The notes under the pieces: generated by a model
Database searches by the model: none
What the model was told of the DNA's origin: nothing
What the model saw: the letters and a program-made list of their open reading frames with translations, nothing else
From: Carcharhinus amblyrhynchos
Taxonomy: Eukaryota
Assembly: GCA_965287045.1 (NCBI GenBank)
Contig: OZ336890.1
Location: forward strand, 30,132,001-30,196,000
Reading direction: 5' to 3'
Length of the DNA stretch: 64,000 nt
Shown here: positions 52,471 through 64,000 of the stretch, in pieces
Position numbering within the stretch: position 1 is the stretch's first letter
How the letters are laid out: each line of letters begins with the position of its first letter
Program-made: the position numbers and the translations under genes

Positions 52471-54299
52471 CTGACTCCAAAACACCCTCAGGGATAGACA
52501 ATAAATTGTGGCGTGGAGTGGAGGAGGTAATTGGAAGAGAGTGGCGCAAAAGACAGAGGAGAGGGGAGAGAAAACCATTAAAAAATAGATAGGAAAGTAT
52601 TGACTGAGGCAAATTGTTTGCTGTGTAGCTTTTAACGTTATGTGACATGACTGCACTGGAGATGTAAGAATTAAAAACGGCAACTTGTGTCTGCCACAGA
52701 TCTCAGATTACCTGCACGTGGCATTCTGCATTCTTCCCTTTTATGCTCTTTAACCCATCTTTCTGTTCATTTTTTTCTCTCAATCAGACCCTTTTCTTTT
52801 ACAGCAGGTGAGATTTAGAGGGTCCATTCGCCGTGGACTCAAATCCAGTTACGGCCGCTAAATCTCACAAGGGGGCCATCACGAGATTTTCGCTGGCAAG
52901 ACTTTAATTTGCGATCTCCATCCATCCCCCCCCACACCCCCCCCGGCCCCCTCCCCCACCCCAGCACCCCCTCCCCCCCACTCCTCCCCCCTCAAACAGG
53001 TGATGTGAACAAGTTCACGCCTAAAAAGGGTGTGAATCTGATTGCCATGAATTTAATGTTTTTACACATCATTCAAACACTTAACTTTGTTGCTTTCAGC
53101 CCTCGTTGAATGCTGTCAGTTTGATGGCATGCATGACAGGAAATCAATACCAGTCATGGTGACCAAGGCAGAGGGGTGAGTATAACCCCCAGGTAGTTAG
53201 GCAAATGGGCTGGTCAGTGCACTGGCATTGCACCCTGGAGCCCTGAAGTGGGTGCCCGGATCTTTGAGTGGTGGAGGAGTTGCCCTACTACATGCAAGGG
53301 TTTGGGATATTCCCCTTGCCCATTTGGAGGGGTCCGATTCCATTGTGGGGGATGGTGGGCTTTAACTTAATTTTGAGATTGGGTGCTCCTTTTAAAGTGG
53401 GCTTGCTGGCTCTATCAGGTCCTGCCCTGCAGAACAAACCCTTCAATTTTTTTGTTGACTGGGCCAGGATTTTCAGGGTTCACTCGCTGCAGACATAAAT
53501 TCTGTCATGGTTGCTAACTTTCACAGGGCAGCCAAAACGGGTTTTGCGCCGTGGGGATCTGAAAATGCGCAGAGCAGGGGGGACGTTGCAAAAATTCTGA
53601 TAAATTTGTTGGCTTTTTCTCTCCAGATCTTACAGCATTCAGTCCAAAGTAAAACAGGTGGCGTGTTCCATGCTGTCATGTAGAGGGACGGGGCCTAAAC
53701 ATGCTGGCAAAGCTTGGCTGCACTGAGTCAAGGCACCCCAATTAGACCAAAAATTAACCTCCCCAGAACCCAGCCAGACAGGTCGCAGGGGCTTCCTCAC
53801 ATCCACAGTCCTCCCACCATCAGAGCCAGTGTTTGATCCCCTTCCTGCGATAAAAACTGGCACCTCCCCCTACACCCCATCCTCAAACAGTCAATGCCAG
53901 CAGCTCCCCATCCCGCCAAACAGTTAATGCCAGAACCTCTGCCTCCTTGCCCCTGAATGTCACCTACATCGCACCCCTTCCCCCCAAACCTCCATCACTG
54001 ACATTTCCAGCCCTCATGCCTGCTCCTACCTGTCACTGTAAATAAAGTGATCCCCATTAAAACCCTAACGTGCGGTTTATCGGGTCCTGGTGACCCGTCT
54101 GCCTTTAGCCCCTTGAGTTTCTTTAATATTCTCTCCTTTTGATTGGAATTCTCGTGAGTACTACCATATTATTTCCATGTATCCGTGTGTCTCCGTGTGT
54201 GTGTGTCTCCGTGTGTGTGTGTGTCCGTGTGTGTGTGTGTCCAAGTATTTGTGTGTCCGTGCATGTGTGTGATGAGATATTTCCACTGTCTGCCTGAGT

Positions 54300-54930
54300 T
54301 TGCATTACCCTTTGAAGTCTGATATCTTAGAGATACTTGCAATGTCATCCACAGTGAAGGCTGATGCAAAAGATTTATTCAGCATATCTGCCTTTTTTTG
54401 TTTGTTGTTATCAATTCACCAGCCTCATTCAGCAGAGGTCCCACATTTACCAGAGTTGCCTGCTTCCTTTTTATATATCCATTGAAACTCGTGCTGCTTA
54501 CATCTATACGACATGCAAATTTTCTCTCAAAAATTATCTGCTCCCTTCTTATGAGTTTTTTATCTTTGCTGCTGGATCCTAAAACCTTCCCGGTCCTCTG
54601 GTCTACCACTATCCTTTGCCACTTTGTAAATCCTGCTTTTCAACTTAACATTATTCTTAACCATGGATTTTGCCTCTTTCTCATGGAGTTCCTCTTTTCA
54701 ATTGGGATAAACTCCTGCTGAGCATTTTGGATCACCTGCTTGAACATCTACCACTGTGCACCTACTGATCTGTATCTTAGCTTGTTTATCCAGTTCACTT
54801 TGGACAACTCTTCCCTCATACCATTATAATTGCCCTTATTTAAGTTGAAGGCATTGGTTATGGATTAATGGGGCTCAGCCTCGAACTGTAGCTGGAATTC
54901 TATCATATTATAGTCACTATGCCCTAGGGG
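54300..54930 (-). mobile_element. Old CR1 ORF2 fragment (EN-RT linker)
   Basis: KLIRREQIIFERKFA...YIKRK...NVGPLLNEAGELIT. Confidence 0.7.
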
Positions 54931-54986
54931 GATGGATCAAACACCTTATCCTGTCTGTTTCTTGGGGAATCCGAGCAAATATTATG

Positions 54987-55281
54987 TGGCATAGTGGCAC
55001 ACTGGTTAGCATTGCTGCCTCACCATGTCAGGGACCCAGGTTCAATTCTGGTCTCAGATCACTGTCTGGGTGGAGTTTGCACATTCTCCCTGTGTCTGTG
55101 TGGGTTTCTCCAGATGGTCTCGTTTTCTTCCACAGATATGGGGGTTAGGTTGATTGGCCAAGCTAAATAGCCCCTTAGTGTCAGAGGGATAAGTGAGGTA
55201 AATACCTGGGTGGGATTGTTGTTGGTGCAGACTCAATGGACTGAATCACCTCCTTCTGTACTGTAGGGATTCTATGATTCT
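54987..55281 (+). mobile_element. HE1-type SINE, followed by a CR1 3' UTR fragment (55355-55482)
   Basis: Head, core and gattctatgattct tail. Confidence 0.85.
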
Positions 55282-55985
55282 AACTAAAGCATGGAGTGCA
55301 TAGTCACTGGTAAGTATTATTGAACTAATTGCAACAGAGATCAAATTATGGAATGCAGTTGGGGAGAAAGCAGGAAAGTGGAACTGATCCACTTCAGATC
55401 AGCCATGATCTTATTGAATGGCAGGGCAGGCTCGAAGGGCTAGATAGCCTACTCCTGCTCCTATTTCTTATGTTCTTATGTTCTCAGTTGTTTGGGCAAA
55501 GTTTTGAGTTTTTGGGTCATTGAAATCTAGTGTAAACCTTCAAATTCAGGTGGTTAGAGTAGCCTACACTTGGAGCTGTCTCCTCAACCTGGCCTCAATG
55601 GAAGGCAATACCAAACAACCATGGACAAGAACTGTGAAGGAAACAGCTCAGAGTGAAGCATCAGCTGCCAAGAATTTGCTTTCAGGCAAAGCACATAGGA
55701 TTGAATAAGTTTTCCCATTTACTTTTCATGGTCTACTGATAATCTTTTCTGCCACAGTAATGGAGGCAACCCTATCCCAGAATCCACCGCAACAGTGAAA
55801 AGCCTCTATTAAAAATGATCTGTTATTAGGTTTGAAGAGAACACTGACTGCTATTCTGAATGCTAGGATGGCACCTTTTATATAATATTCTCTATTGAGG
55901 TGTATTGGGACTTTCTGTTAACAGTTTATGTCACTGTGGGTAGAATTCATTGATGTATGCCTGGGGATATGGTCATGATATCTAA

Positions 55986-56110
55986 TCACTGATAATCATC
56001 TAGTGTATGAATGTTATCGTGAAGTTTGAATTCCCTACAGATGAGTGCTGTTGCGCATGGTTTAGTATCTATAGTTGAAGCATGTAAATTTTTGATAGCC
56101 AGAAGGCTGC
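55986..56110 (-). CDS. Candidate terminal coding exon of the same unidentified gene (GSLLAIKNLHASTIDTKPCATALICREFKLHDNIHTLDDYQ*)
   Basis: Acceptor caacttgcag|GC; phase 1 matches the preceding exon and gives the long open frame to TGA. Confidence 0.4.
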
Positions 56111-56879
56111 CTGCAAGTTGGTAAATATCTAGTATCCCCATCACTGTTGCTGAAGTCATAAACAGCAAACCTGCAATGGGGGTGGGGGGGGGCGCCGTGG
56201 GTGGTTGCAGGGGTGGGGTGCAATGTCCAGCTTGGGAAAGCACCTGGAAAAATGAAACTTTTCTCTTCCAGATGTAGATATGAAACTCAAAAACATTAAT
56301 TTTATTTGTTCAGGGGATGTGAGCATTGCTGGCGAGGCCGATATTTATTGCTCATCCCTAATTGCCTTTGAATTGAGTGGTTTGCTAGGCCATTTTAGAG
56401 TCAACCTCATTGCTATGAGTCTAGGGTCACAAGTTGGTAAATAACTGATATCCACTCCCTGTCAATGGCATCCTGAGAAGGAATTGGGGATGGAGACTCA
56501 AAGGGAAGGTTTTCTTTCAGCGTAGGGAGAATACAAACAGAATGAAGAATGCCAAGGTGTATCTGGAATTTAGAAAGAACACAAAGTTCATATAGCCAGT
56601 GCTATGTTAATGCAATCCAAAAATAAGAAATGACTCAGTCAGATGTGAAGAAATGGTGGTTAAAGGTGAGATGGAAATTTACTTTTGATCCCGTCCAGGA
56701 GAACATCAATGACAGAGCCAAGAATGGATGAGGAGAAAATATTTTTTTCTATATGACCTGGATGTTATGGGCCAAATTCAATGACTTCATCTGCAGCTGG
56801 TATTCTCTGATCCCACTGCAGTGAATGAAGATTTAGCTGAGTGTCAAATCCTCCATTCACTCACAGTAAAGCTCAGAGC

Positions 56880-58880
56880 TCCATATTATCAATCTATAAA
56901 CTATGTGAACCACAAGGACTTCCAACACTGAATGTTCAGCTGGTCTGTGACGACACCAAACACATCCTGCAGGTGTGTGCTCGATTCCCAGGGAATGTGC
57001 ACGATTCCTACATGCTGAGTTACTCAGATTCCTGATATCTTTCAGAAACATGATGTGGAAATGCCGGCGTTGGACTGGGGTAAACACAGTAAGAAGTCTC
57101 ACAACACCAGGTTAAAGTCCAACAGGTTTATTTGGTGGCAAAAGACACTAGCTTTCGATACTCTGACTCTTTGTCAGGTGAGTGGAGAGTTCTGATCACA
57201 AAAAGGGATGTAAAGCTACACACTCAGTTTACAGAATACTGATTAGAATGCGAGTTTTTACAGCTAAAGCTGTAAAAACCATAAGGATGTTGAAGATAAG
57301 GTTCCGGTATCTCGGCGGGTCTGGTGGAGCTCTGCAAAACATTCCACAGAGGGGGTCATGCATTGTTGTTGCTTGCTGCATCCTCGTAACCTGGCACTGC
57401 AATGGAGGAAGGAACTGCCTGCTGACGACATGGAGGAGCAACACGTCTCTTCTAATTAAGAGGGTATCAAAGAAGTTGAGGTTGAGGAGGCCCTTGGGGG
57501 TGAGAATGTCAGCCATGAGGCCGTGGCCATGTACAGAAGAGGCAGACAAATGTGCTCAGTGCCACTAGATTCATGGAGAGTGATAAGGACATCCGTTTAG
57601 GACACCCTGATATCTTCACATGGCATCTGTGAGCGTATGTTCTTGTCTGGCTGATGTGCAAACACACATCCTTTGTGATAAGATTCCTGTCATGGAGACA
57701 CAGCAGATACCCATTGTCTTCACATTCTAGAAGGATGATGATGATTTTCAGTGGAGACAGTCCTTAGTTTCTCAGAGAATTTCTGTGAATATTTGAGTTT
57801 CTCTCAATGACCAGGGTCATGCCTTGTGATGCAGTGGGGAAAGTATAACCTGTCCTGGTCGCAAAGCATCTTTTGTGAGCTGAACCCTTGAAGGACACTG
57901 GGGGTGGAGGTGGAGGGGGAGGAGTTGTGAGGGGTGCAGAGAGCAGACAGGGAGAAAAGCTGGACTCTGTGATGCCATCTCCGTACATTGTGGTAAAAAT
58001 TCTAATTGCCATAGAGACATAGGCATGACTGGCATGTTCAGTCAGTGTGAAGGGACACCCTCAATGTGCTGGGTGGTTGTATTAAGCCCTGGACTGATCA
58101 CCTTGCCTTTATCTTGTGCAGGAATCAAGTTTTCATTTCAGAATGACAGCAGGATAGCTCATCATAACAAGGAGCGATTAGAAAGGGAGCAATTAGCAGT
58201 TCATTTACAGAAGTAATCATTATGTACAAGTGATTAACATCCATGGCTATGCAGTGCAACTACAACTTCATAACCTTCTTTAACTTGCTGCTACAGCTTG
58301 CTGCATCCTCAGCATCCACAGTGGAGGTGGAGGCAGCCTGCTGACTGCTACGGCCTGTTGTCTATGATGACCTTGGCTAGCATCCTCTGAAGAGCTGAGG
58401 TGGGGGGAGGGACCCTGTGCTGCTTTTGGGGTCCTGCTGTGTGGCAGTGCCATCCTCGTTGCAGTGCTGACTTCGGTGTATTGGCCTGTCAGTGCTAACA
58501 TCTCAGACAAAAGACAGACAGACTTCTTCATGGAACCTTGCAATCTGAGGATTGCAGCAGGTCTCCCATCCTGATTTTCTCTACCTTATCTCTAGAGATC
58601 CAGCAACTGAGACATGACTGAATCCAGAGGCTCATCAGCTGACTGGGACTCACATTTTCACTGCAGGCTAACAAAAGCACCACTCATCATAGCAAGGAGC
58701 TATAGAAAGGATGAAATTAGTGGGAGTTTATTTATAGAAGCGAACATGATAGTCAAGTGAATAGCACACATGACCATGCTGTGTAATTATGACTTTTTAA
58801 CCTTTCTGACCTCCTGCAATCCTATAAATGCTGGCACACTTGGATGCCTCTGCCACCACCTGCTGTTTATCAGATAGTTC
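56880..58880 (+). mobile_element. Harbinger transposon relic: HARBI1-like DDE transposase (+) and convergent Myb-like remnant (-)
   Basis: LNVQLVCDDTKHILQVCARFPGNVHDSYML and TIRMLKIRFRYL..SGGALQ..PQR..CIVVACCIL; split by a Penelope-like insert 57051-57270. Confidence 0.8.
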
Positions 58881-58945
58881 TGGGAGGGTTGTCAGCCCTA
58901 GTCAACATACATATAAAAGTCTAATTCGAGGAGGAAAATTATTAC

Positions 58946-59025
58946 CTGAGGTAAAATCCATTTCAGAAAGTAAGTTCCTCTTATTTTCCTTCTGCGCTGG
59001 TGGTTTTTCTGGTTTTATGCTAATC
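58946..59025 (-). CDS. Candidate internal coding exon of an unidentified upstream gene (ISIKPEKPPAQKENKRNLLSEMDFTS)
   Basis: Acceptor atttttgtgtgtag|G, donor TCAG|gtaat, 80 nt open, phase 2 to phase 1, in unique AT-rich sequence. Confidence 0.45.
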
Positions 59026-59935
59026 CTACACACAAAAATAGTACAGGGAACTACATCTAGTTGCTCTATGAGTGGACAATATGTGAGTTGTGGAATTGTT
59101 CTGTTTGTATTGTGCTCAGCTAGTACAACAAATCCTACACACAATCCTAGTTACCTCCTCAAGGCATATCAGTGAAAGTAAGCAATCAAACACACATTAA
59201 AGAAAAAAACTAGATGCATAACTAAAGCTTATTATATCAATCAGAACTTTCTCTGTTGGTACTTGTTTGTTCAGAGAAATTTATCATTATTGACTGAGCC
59301 ATTCAACATTTAGAGACTTCTTTCTATATTTCAAGCCAGGTTTGTGCATTCATTTAATCAGATACCAGTGGCACTGAAACCTTCCCAGTCTCTTAATTAT
59401 TTTCACCAATAAATATTGTGTTGTATGGTTTATCAATTACTAGGTATAGTGAGTAGTGAAATTTCCCTCAAACATTCTTTTAATCATATTGATCTTTAGC
59501 CTCTCTGCAAGAGGCTTATGGGTTTCCCGTATGTTTCCAGTATGTAAGCACCCGGGCTTAAATAGTTAATGAATCGTGTGGAACAACTTTCAGATCCACA
59601 TTGAGGTTTCCACTTCTTCAGTTTGTAAATTTGTGGCCAAATGCAGTCTTTTTTTTAAACAAATATGGATAAGCTCACAGCTGCGAGTGAAAACTTCTTT
59701 AGAAGGCAAGTGTTGTTCATGTGAAATCATGGGGGCTGATTGATTTTGGATTTCAGATAATTGCAGTTTTCAGATATTGTATTTAGGCCTCAGTCTGTTT
59801 ACATTACAATGTAAGAAGTCTCGCTTCTTCTTCAGGTGAGTGAAGAGTTGTGTTCATAAATAGGGAATATATCAACACAAACTCAACCATTATCTTGTAA
59901 ATTGGGTTTCTGTCTATATATGCTCTGTATGTGAA

Positions 59936-60965
59936 CACTGGGCTCACTGCTCTTCTCTATAACTGCTCCACACTGTGTCCACTGCTCTTCTCTACAACTG
60001 CTCCACACTGTGTCCACTGTTCTTCTCTATAACTGCTCCACACTGTGTTCACTGCCCTTCTTTATAACTGCTCCATACTGGGTTCACTGTTCTTCTCTAT
60101 AACTGCTCCACACTGGGCTCACTGCCCTTCTTTATAACTGCTCCATACTGGTTTCACTGTTCTTCTCTATAACTGCTCCACACTGTGTCCACTGCTCTTC
60201 TCTACAACTGCTCCACACTGTGTCCACTGTTCTTCTCTATAACTGCTCCACACTGTGTTCACTGCCCTTCTTTATAACTGCTCCATACTGGTTTCACTGT
60301 TCTTCTCTATAACTGCTCCATACTGGTTTCACTGTTCTTCTCTATAACTGCTCCACACTGGGTTCACTGTTCTTCTCTATAACTGCTCCATACTGGGCTC
60401 ACTGTTCTTCTCTATAACTGCTCCATACTGTGTTCACTGCTCTTCTTTATAACTGCTCCACACTGTGTTCACTGCCCTTCTTTATAACTGCTCCATACTG
60501 TGTTCACTGCTCTTCTCTATAACTGCTCCACACTGGGCTCACTGTTCTTCTCTATAACTGCTCCATACTGTGTTCACTGCTCTTCTTTATAACTGCTCCA
60601 CACTGTGTTCACTGCCCTTCTTTATAACTGCTCCATACTGGGTTCACTGCTCTTCTCTATAACTGCTCCACACTGTGTTCACTGCCCTTCTTTATAACTG
60701 CTCCATACTGTGTTCACTGCTCTTCTCTATAACTGCTCCACACTGGGCTCACTGTTCTTCTCTATAACTGCTCCACACTGGGTTCACTATTCTTCTCCAT
60801 AACTGCTCCACTCTGGGTTCACTGCTCTCCTTCCACGCTGCTCCATACTGAGTTTGCTGCTCTCCTCCCATGAAGCTCCACACTGAGTTTGCTGCTCTCC
60901 TCCTGTGCATCTCCACATTATGTTTCCTGCTCTCCTTACATCATGCTCTACACTGGGTTCACCAC
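59936..60965. repeat. Minisatellite, 35-bp unit CACTGTGTTCACTGCTCTTCTCTATAACTGCTCCA
   Basis: About 25 well-conserved copies to ~60810, then degenerate copies. Confidence 0.97.
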
Positions 60966-61536
60966 TCACTTCCCGTACCACAAGATCAATGCAGGAAACA
61001 GCACCAACCTTTGTACATGGCCTTCTTTGACCTCGCAAAGGCTTTGTGAGCCATGAGGGATTGTGGAGCATCCTCCTCTGTTTCAGCTGCTCCATTATAA
61101 CAGGTAAGCCGCGATCCTGACCAATGGATCATCACAGAACCAATTCTCTTTCAGACTGGTGTCAAACAAGGCTGCGTCATCATACTAATGCTTTTCTTGA
61201 TCTTCTTGGTTGCAATGCTCCATCTTACCCTTAGCAAGTGCCCTGTGGGAATCTGTTTAACCCGCCCCCCACTGCCTGCAAGTCAGATTCAGTGTCTCCC
61301 AATCTCTGTCATTGAACTACAAAATGCACACAATGTTTGTGTCTGCACACATTCGGCGGCTGAGCTCCAAACCATCATCAACAGTTTCACTAAAGTATAC
61401 GAGAGCAGGGGCCTTACGCTAAACATCCGGAAAGCAAAAGTTCACTAGTAACCTGCCCCCACCACACAGCACCTCCCCTCAGTTATCAAAATCCATGACG
61501 AGGCCTTGGGCAATGTGGACCATTTTCCATACCTTT

Positions 61537-61832
61537 GGCAGCATGGTAGCACAGTGGTTAATACTGTTGCATCACAGTGCCACGGACCCAGGTTCAATTC
61601 CCAGCTTGGGTCACTGTCTGTGTAGAGTTTGCACTCCTCCCCATTTCTGCGTGTGTTTCCTCCGGGGGCTCTGGTTTCCTTCCACAGTCCAAAGATGTGC
61701 GGGTTAGGTTGATTGGCCATGTTAAATTCCCCCTTAGTGTGAGGGGATTAGGATGGTAAATATGTGGGGTTAAGGGGATTCTTATCGGTGCAGGCTCAAT
61801 GGGCCAAATAGTAGATTCTATGAATCTATGAT
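61537..61832 (+). mobile_element. HE1-type SINE nested in RTE relic
   Basis: Head, core and tail; RTE sequence resumes afterwards. Confidence 0.88.
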
Positions 61833-62045
61833 CTACTGTCAACAAAGGCAGACATTGATGATGAGGTACAGCACCACCTTCAGTGTACCAGCACAGCCAT
61901 TGTTGTTTGAGAAAGAGAGTTTTTGAGGACCAGGGCCTCAGAACGGTCATCAAGCTGATTGCCTACAAAACATTAGTGAATCCTGCCCTGCTACATGACT
62001 CTGAGACATGGACTATGCACAGCAGGCACCTCAAAACCCTGGAGA

Positions 62046-62471
62046 GGCTAAGGCCGCAAGGAACTACAAAAGGTTGTGAATGTAGCCCAATCCATCACGC
62101 AAACCAGCTCCATCCATTGACTCTGTCTACACTTCCCACTGCCTTGGCAAAGCAGCCAGCATAATTAAAGATCCCACGCAGCCTGGACATTCTCTCTTCC
62201 GCCTTCTCCCTTCAGGAAAAAGATACAAAAGTCTGAGATCACATACCAACTGACTCAAGAACAGCTTCTTCCCTGCTGCTGTCAGACTTTTGAATGGACT
62301 TGCCTTGCATTAAGTTGATCTTTCTCTACACCCTAGCTATGACTGTAACACCACATTCTTCACTCTCTTGTTTCCTTCTCTTCGTCTGTACAATGCACAA
62401 GAAACAATACTTTTCACTGTATGTTAATATATGTGACAATAGTAAATCAAATCAAATTAAATCAAATCAAA
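62046..62471 (+). mobile_element. Rex1/Babar-like LINE 3' end
   Basis: ...ctcaagaacagcttcttccctgctgc... and (TCAAA)n tail. Confidence 0.65.
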
Positions 62472-62534
62472 ACCCTGGAAAGGCACCAGTGACACTGCCT
62501 CTGCAAGATCCTGAAAATCCACTGGCAGGACAGT

Positions 62535-63010
62535 TAAGAACATAAGAAATAGGAGCAGGAGTAGGCCATCTAGCCCTTCGAGCCTGCCCCGCCATTCAAT
62601 AAGATCATGGCTGATCTGAAGTGGATCAGTTCCACTTTCCCGCTTTCTCCCCATAACCCTTAATTCCCTTGTCTATCAAAAACCTATCTACCCGTGACTT
62701 AAATATATTTAGCGAGGTAGCCTCCACCACTTCAACGGCCAGAGAATTCCAGAGACTCACCACCCTTTGAGTGAAGAAGTTCCTCCTCAACTCCGTTCTA
62801 AACTGCTCCCCCCTTATCTTGACGCTGTGTCCTCTAGTCCTGCTATCCTTTCTAAGCGGGAAGAATGTCTCTACCTCTACCCTGTCCATCCCCTTCATTA
62901 TCTTATACGTCGCTATAAGATCCCCCCTCATCCTTAGAAACTCCAACGAGTACAGACCCAGTCTATTTAGTCTCTCTTCATAGTCCAACCCCCTCATGTC
63001 CGGTATCAGT
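62535..63010 (-). mobile_element. CR1 LINE 3' fragment nested in RTE relic
   Basis: LIPDMRGLDYEERLNRLGLYSLEF...GEKAGKWN plus tail. Confidence 0.92.
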
Positions 63011-63169
63011 TGCACCGGCACCACTGTTCTCACTCAGGCCAGCATCAAAGCATTGACCACAGTCAATCAACTCTGCTGGGTGAGCCATATTCTCTGCATG
63101 CCTGACAAAAGATTCCTAAAACTAGCGCTCCGCTCCAGAGCTTTGACACAGTAAAGGCTCCAGGAGGGC

Positions 63170-63735
63170 ATAGGACAGGAGTATAAGGATGCTGAAGTTA
63201 TGCTGCAGCTATACAAAACCCTGGTTAGACCCCACTTGGGAGTACTGTAAGCAGATCTGGGCACCACACCTTCGGAAGGATATATTAACCTTGGAGGGGG
63301 TGCAATTGATACCTGGACTTAAGGAGTTTGATTATGAGGAGGGATTATACAAATTAGACTTGTTTTCTCTTGAATTCAGAAAGTTAAGGGTTGATCTTAT
63401 CAAAGTCCTCAAGATATTAACAGGAAGGAACAGGGTGGATAAAGATAAACTATTTCCAGTAGTTGGAGATTCTAGAACTAGGAGGCATAGTCTACAAATT
63501 AGGACTAGACTGTTCAGGAGAGATGATAGGAATCACTCTGCACAAAGGTGGTAGAGGTTTGGAACTCTCTTCCACAATGGCAGTCGATGTTATTTGTTAT
63601 CCTTAAATCTGAAATAGATAATTTTTTGTGAAGCAAAGGTATAAGGGATATCGGCTAAAGACAGGTATATGGAGCCTAGGCCATAGATCAGCCAGGCTCA
63701 ATGGGCCGAACAACCTTTTGCCATTCCTTTGTTCC
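63170..63735 (+). mobile_element. Older CR1 3' fragment
   Basis: WAPHLRKDILTLEGVQ...FRKLRVDLIKVLKIL. Confidence 0.8.
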
Positions 63736-64000
63736 TAAGATTTTCAAGGACACCCTCAAAGCATCCTTGGGAAAATGTAACATCCTCACTGACACCTGGG
63801 AATCCCTGGCCCAAAACAGTCTGAAGCGGAGAAAAAGCATCCGGGAAGGAGCTGAACATCTTGCCAAGAGCAAGCTGAAGCTAAGCATCAACAGCAAATG
63901 GAGGAGTGTGTGGCAAACCCCTCCCCTTCCCCCACCCCACTCACCCACCCACTCCTCCAACGACTGCCTGCCCCACCTGTGACACAGATTGTAGGTCATG

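Larger units (their letters stand above)
60965..64000 (+). mobile_element. Degraded RTE-clade LINE, interrupted by four younger insertions
   Basis: TGVKQGCVI, ELQTIINSF...GLTLNIRKAKV, RKRVFED...YKTLVNPALLHDSETWT, FKDTLKASLGKCNI...WESLAQN. Confidence 0.8.

Noticed and set aside
59936-60810. 35-bp repeats as a CRISPR array
   Set aside because: Units are head-to-tail with no unique spacers, no cas genes, and the context is eukaryotic.

Overview
Repeat-rich vertebrate genomic DNA. The repeat content (CR1 LINEs with (TTCTTATG)n tails, HE1-type tRNA SINEs, Deu-domain SINE, Harbinger and Penelope-like repeats) points to a shark (inference). The main host gene is a minus-strand B7-family gene most similar to PD-L1/PD-L2. 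Its exons are signal peptide 14229-14157, IgV 14054-13740, IgC 11760-11522, TM 8478-8323, and candidate tail exons 5084-5040 and 4953-4940. It has a non-canonical Cys pattern in the V domain, a 1-nt frame defect in the IgC exon and an in-frame TGA in the tail exon. A CpG-rich candidate promoter with ISRE/GAS motifs lies at ~19.6-20.2 kb. Also present: a ferritin retrocopy (26117-26901) whose empty pre-insertion site survives in an inverted segmental duplicate (~45.0-47.8 kb), a decayed TRIM-like relic (~20.2-22.6 kb), two candidate terminal exons of another minus-strand gene (59025-58946, 56110-55986), Harbinger relics, and many LINE/SINE fragments and minisatellites. Most short ORFs in the track are repeat-derived noise. 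TE boundaries are approximate and were read by eye.
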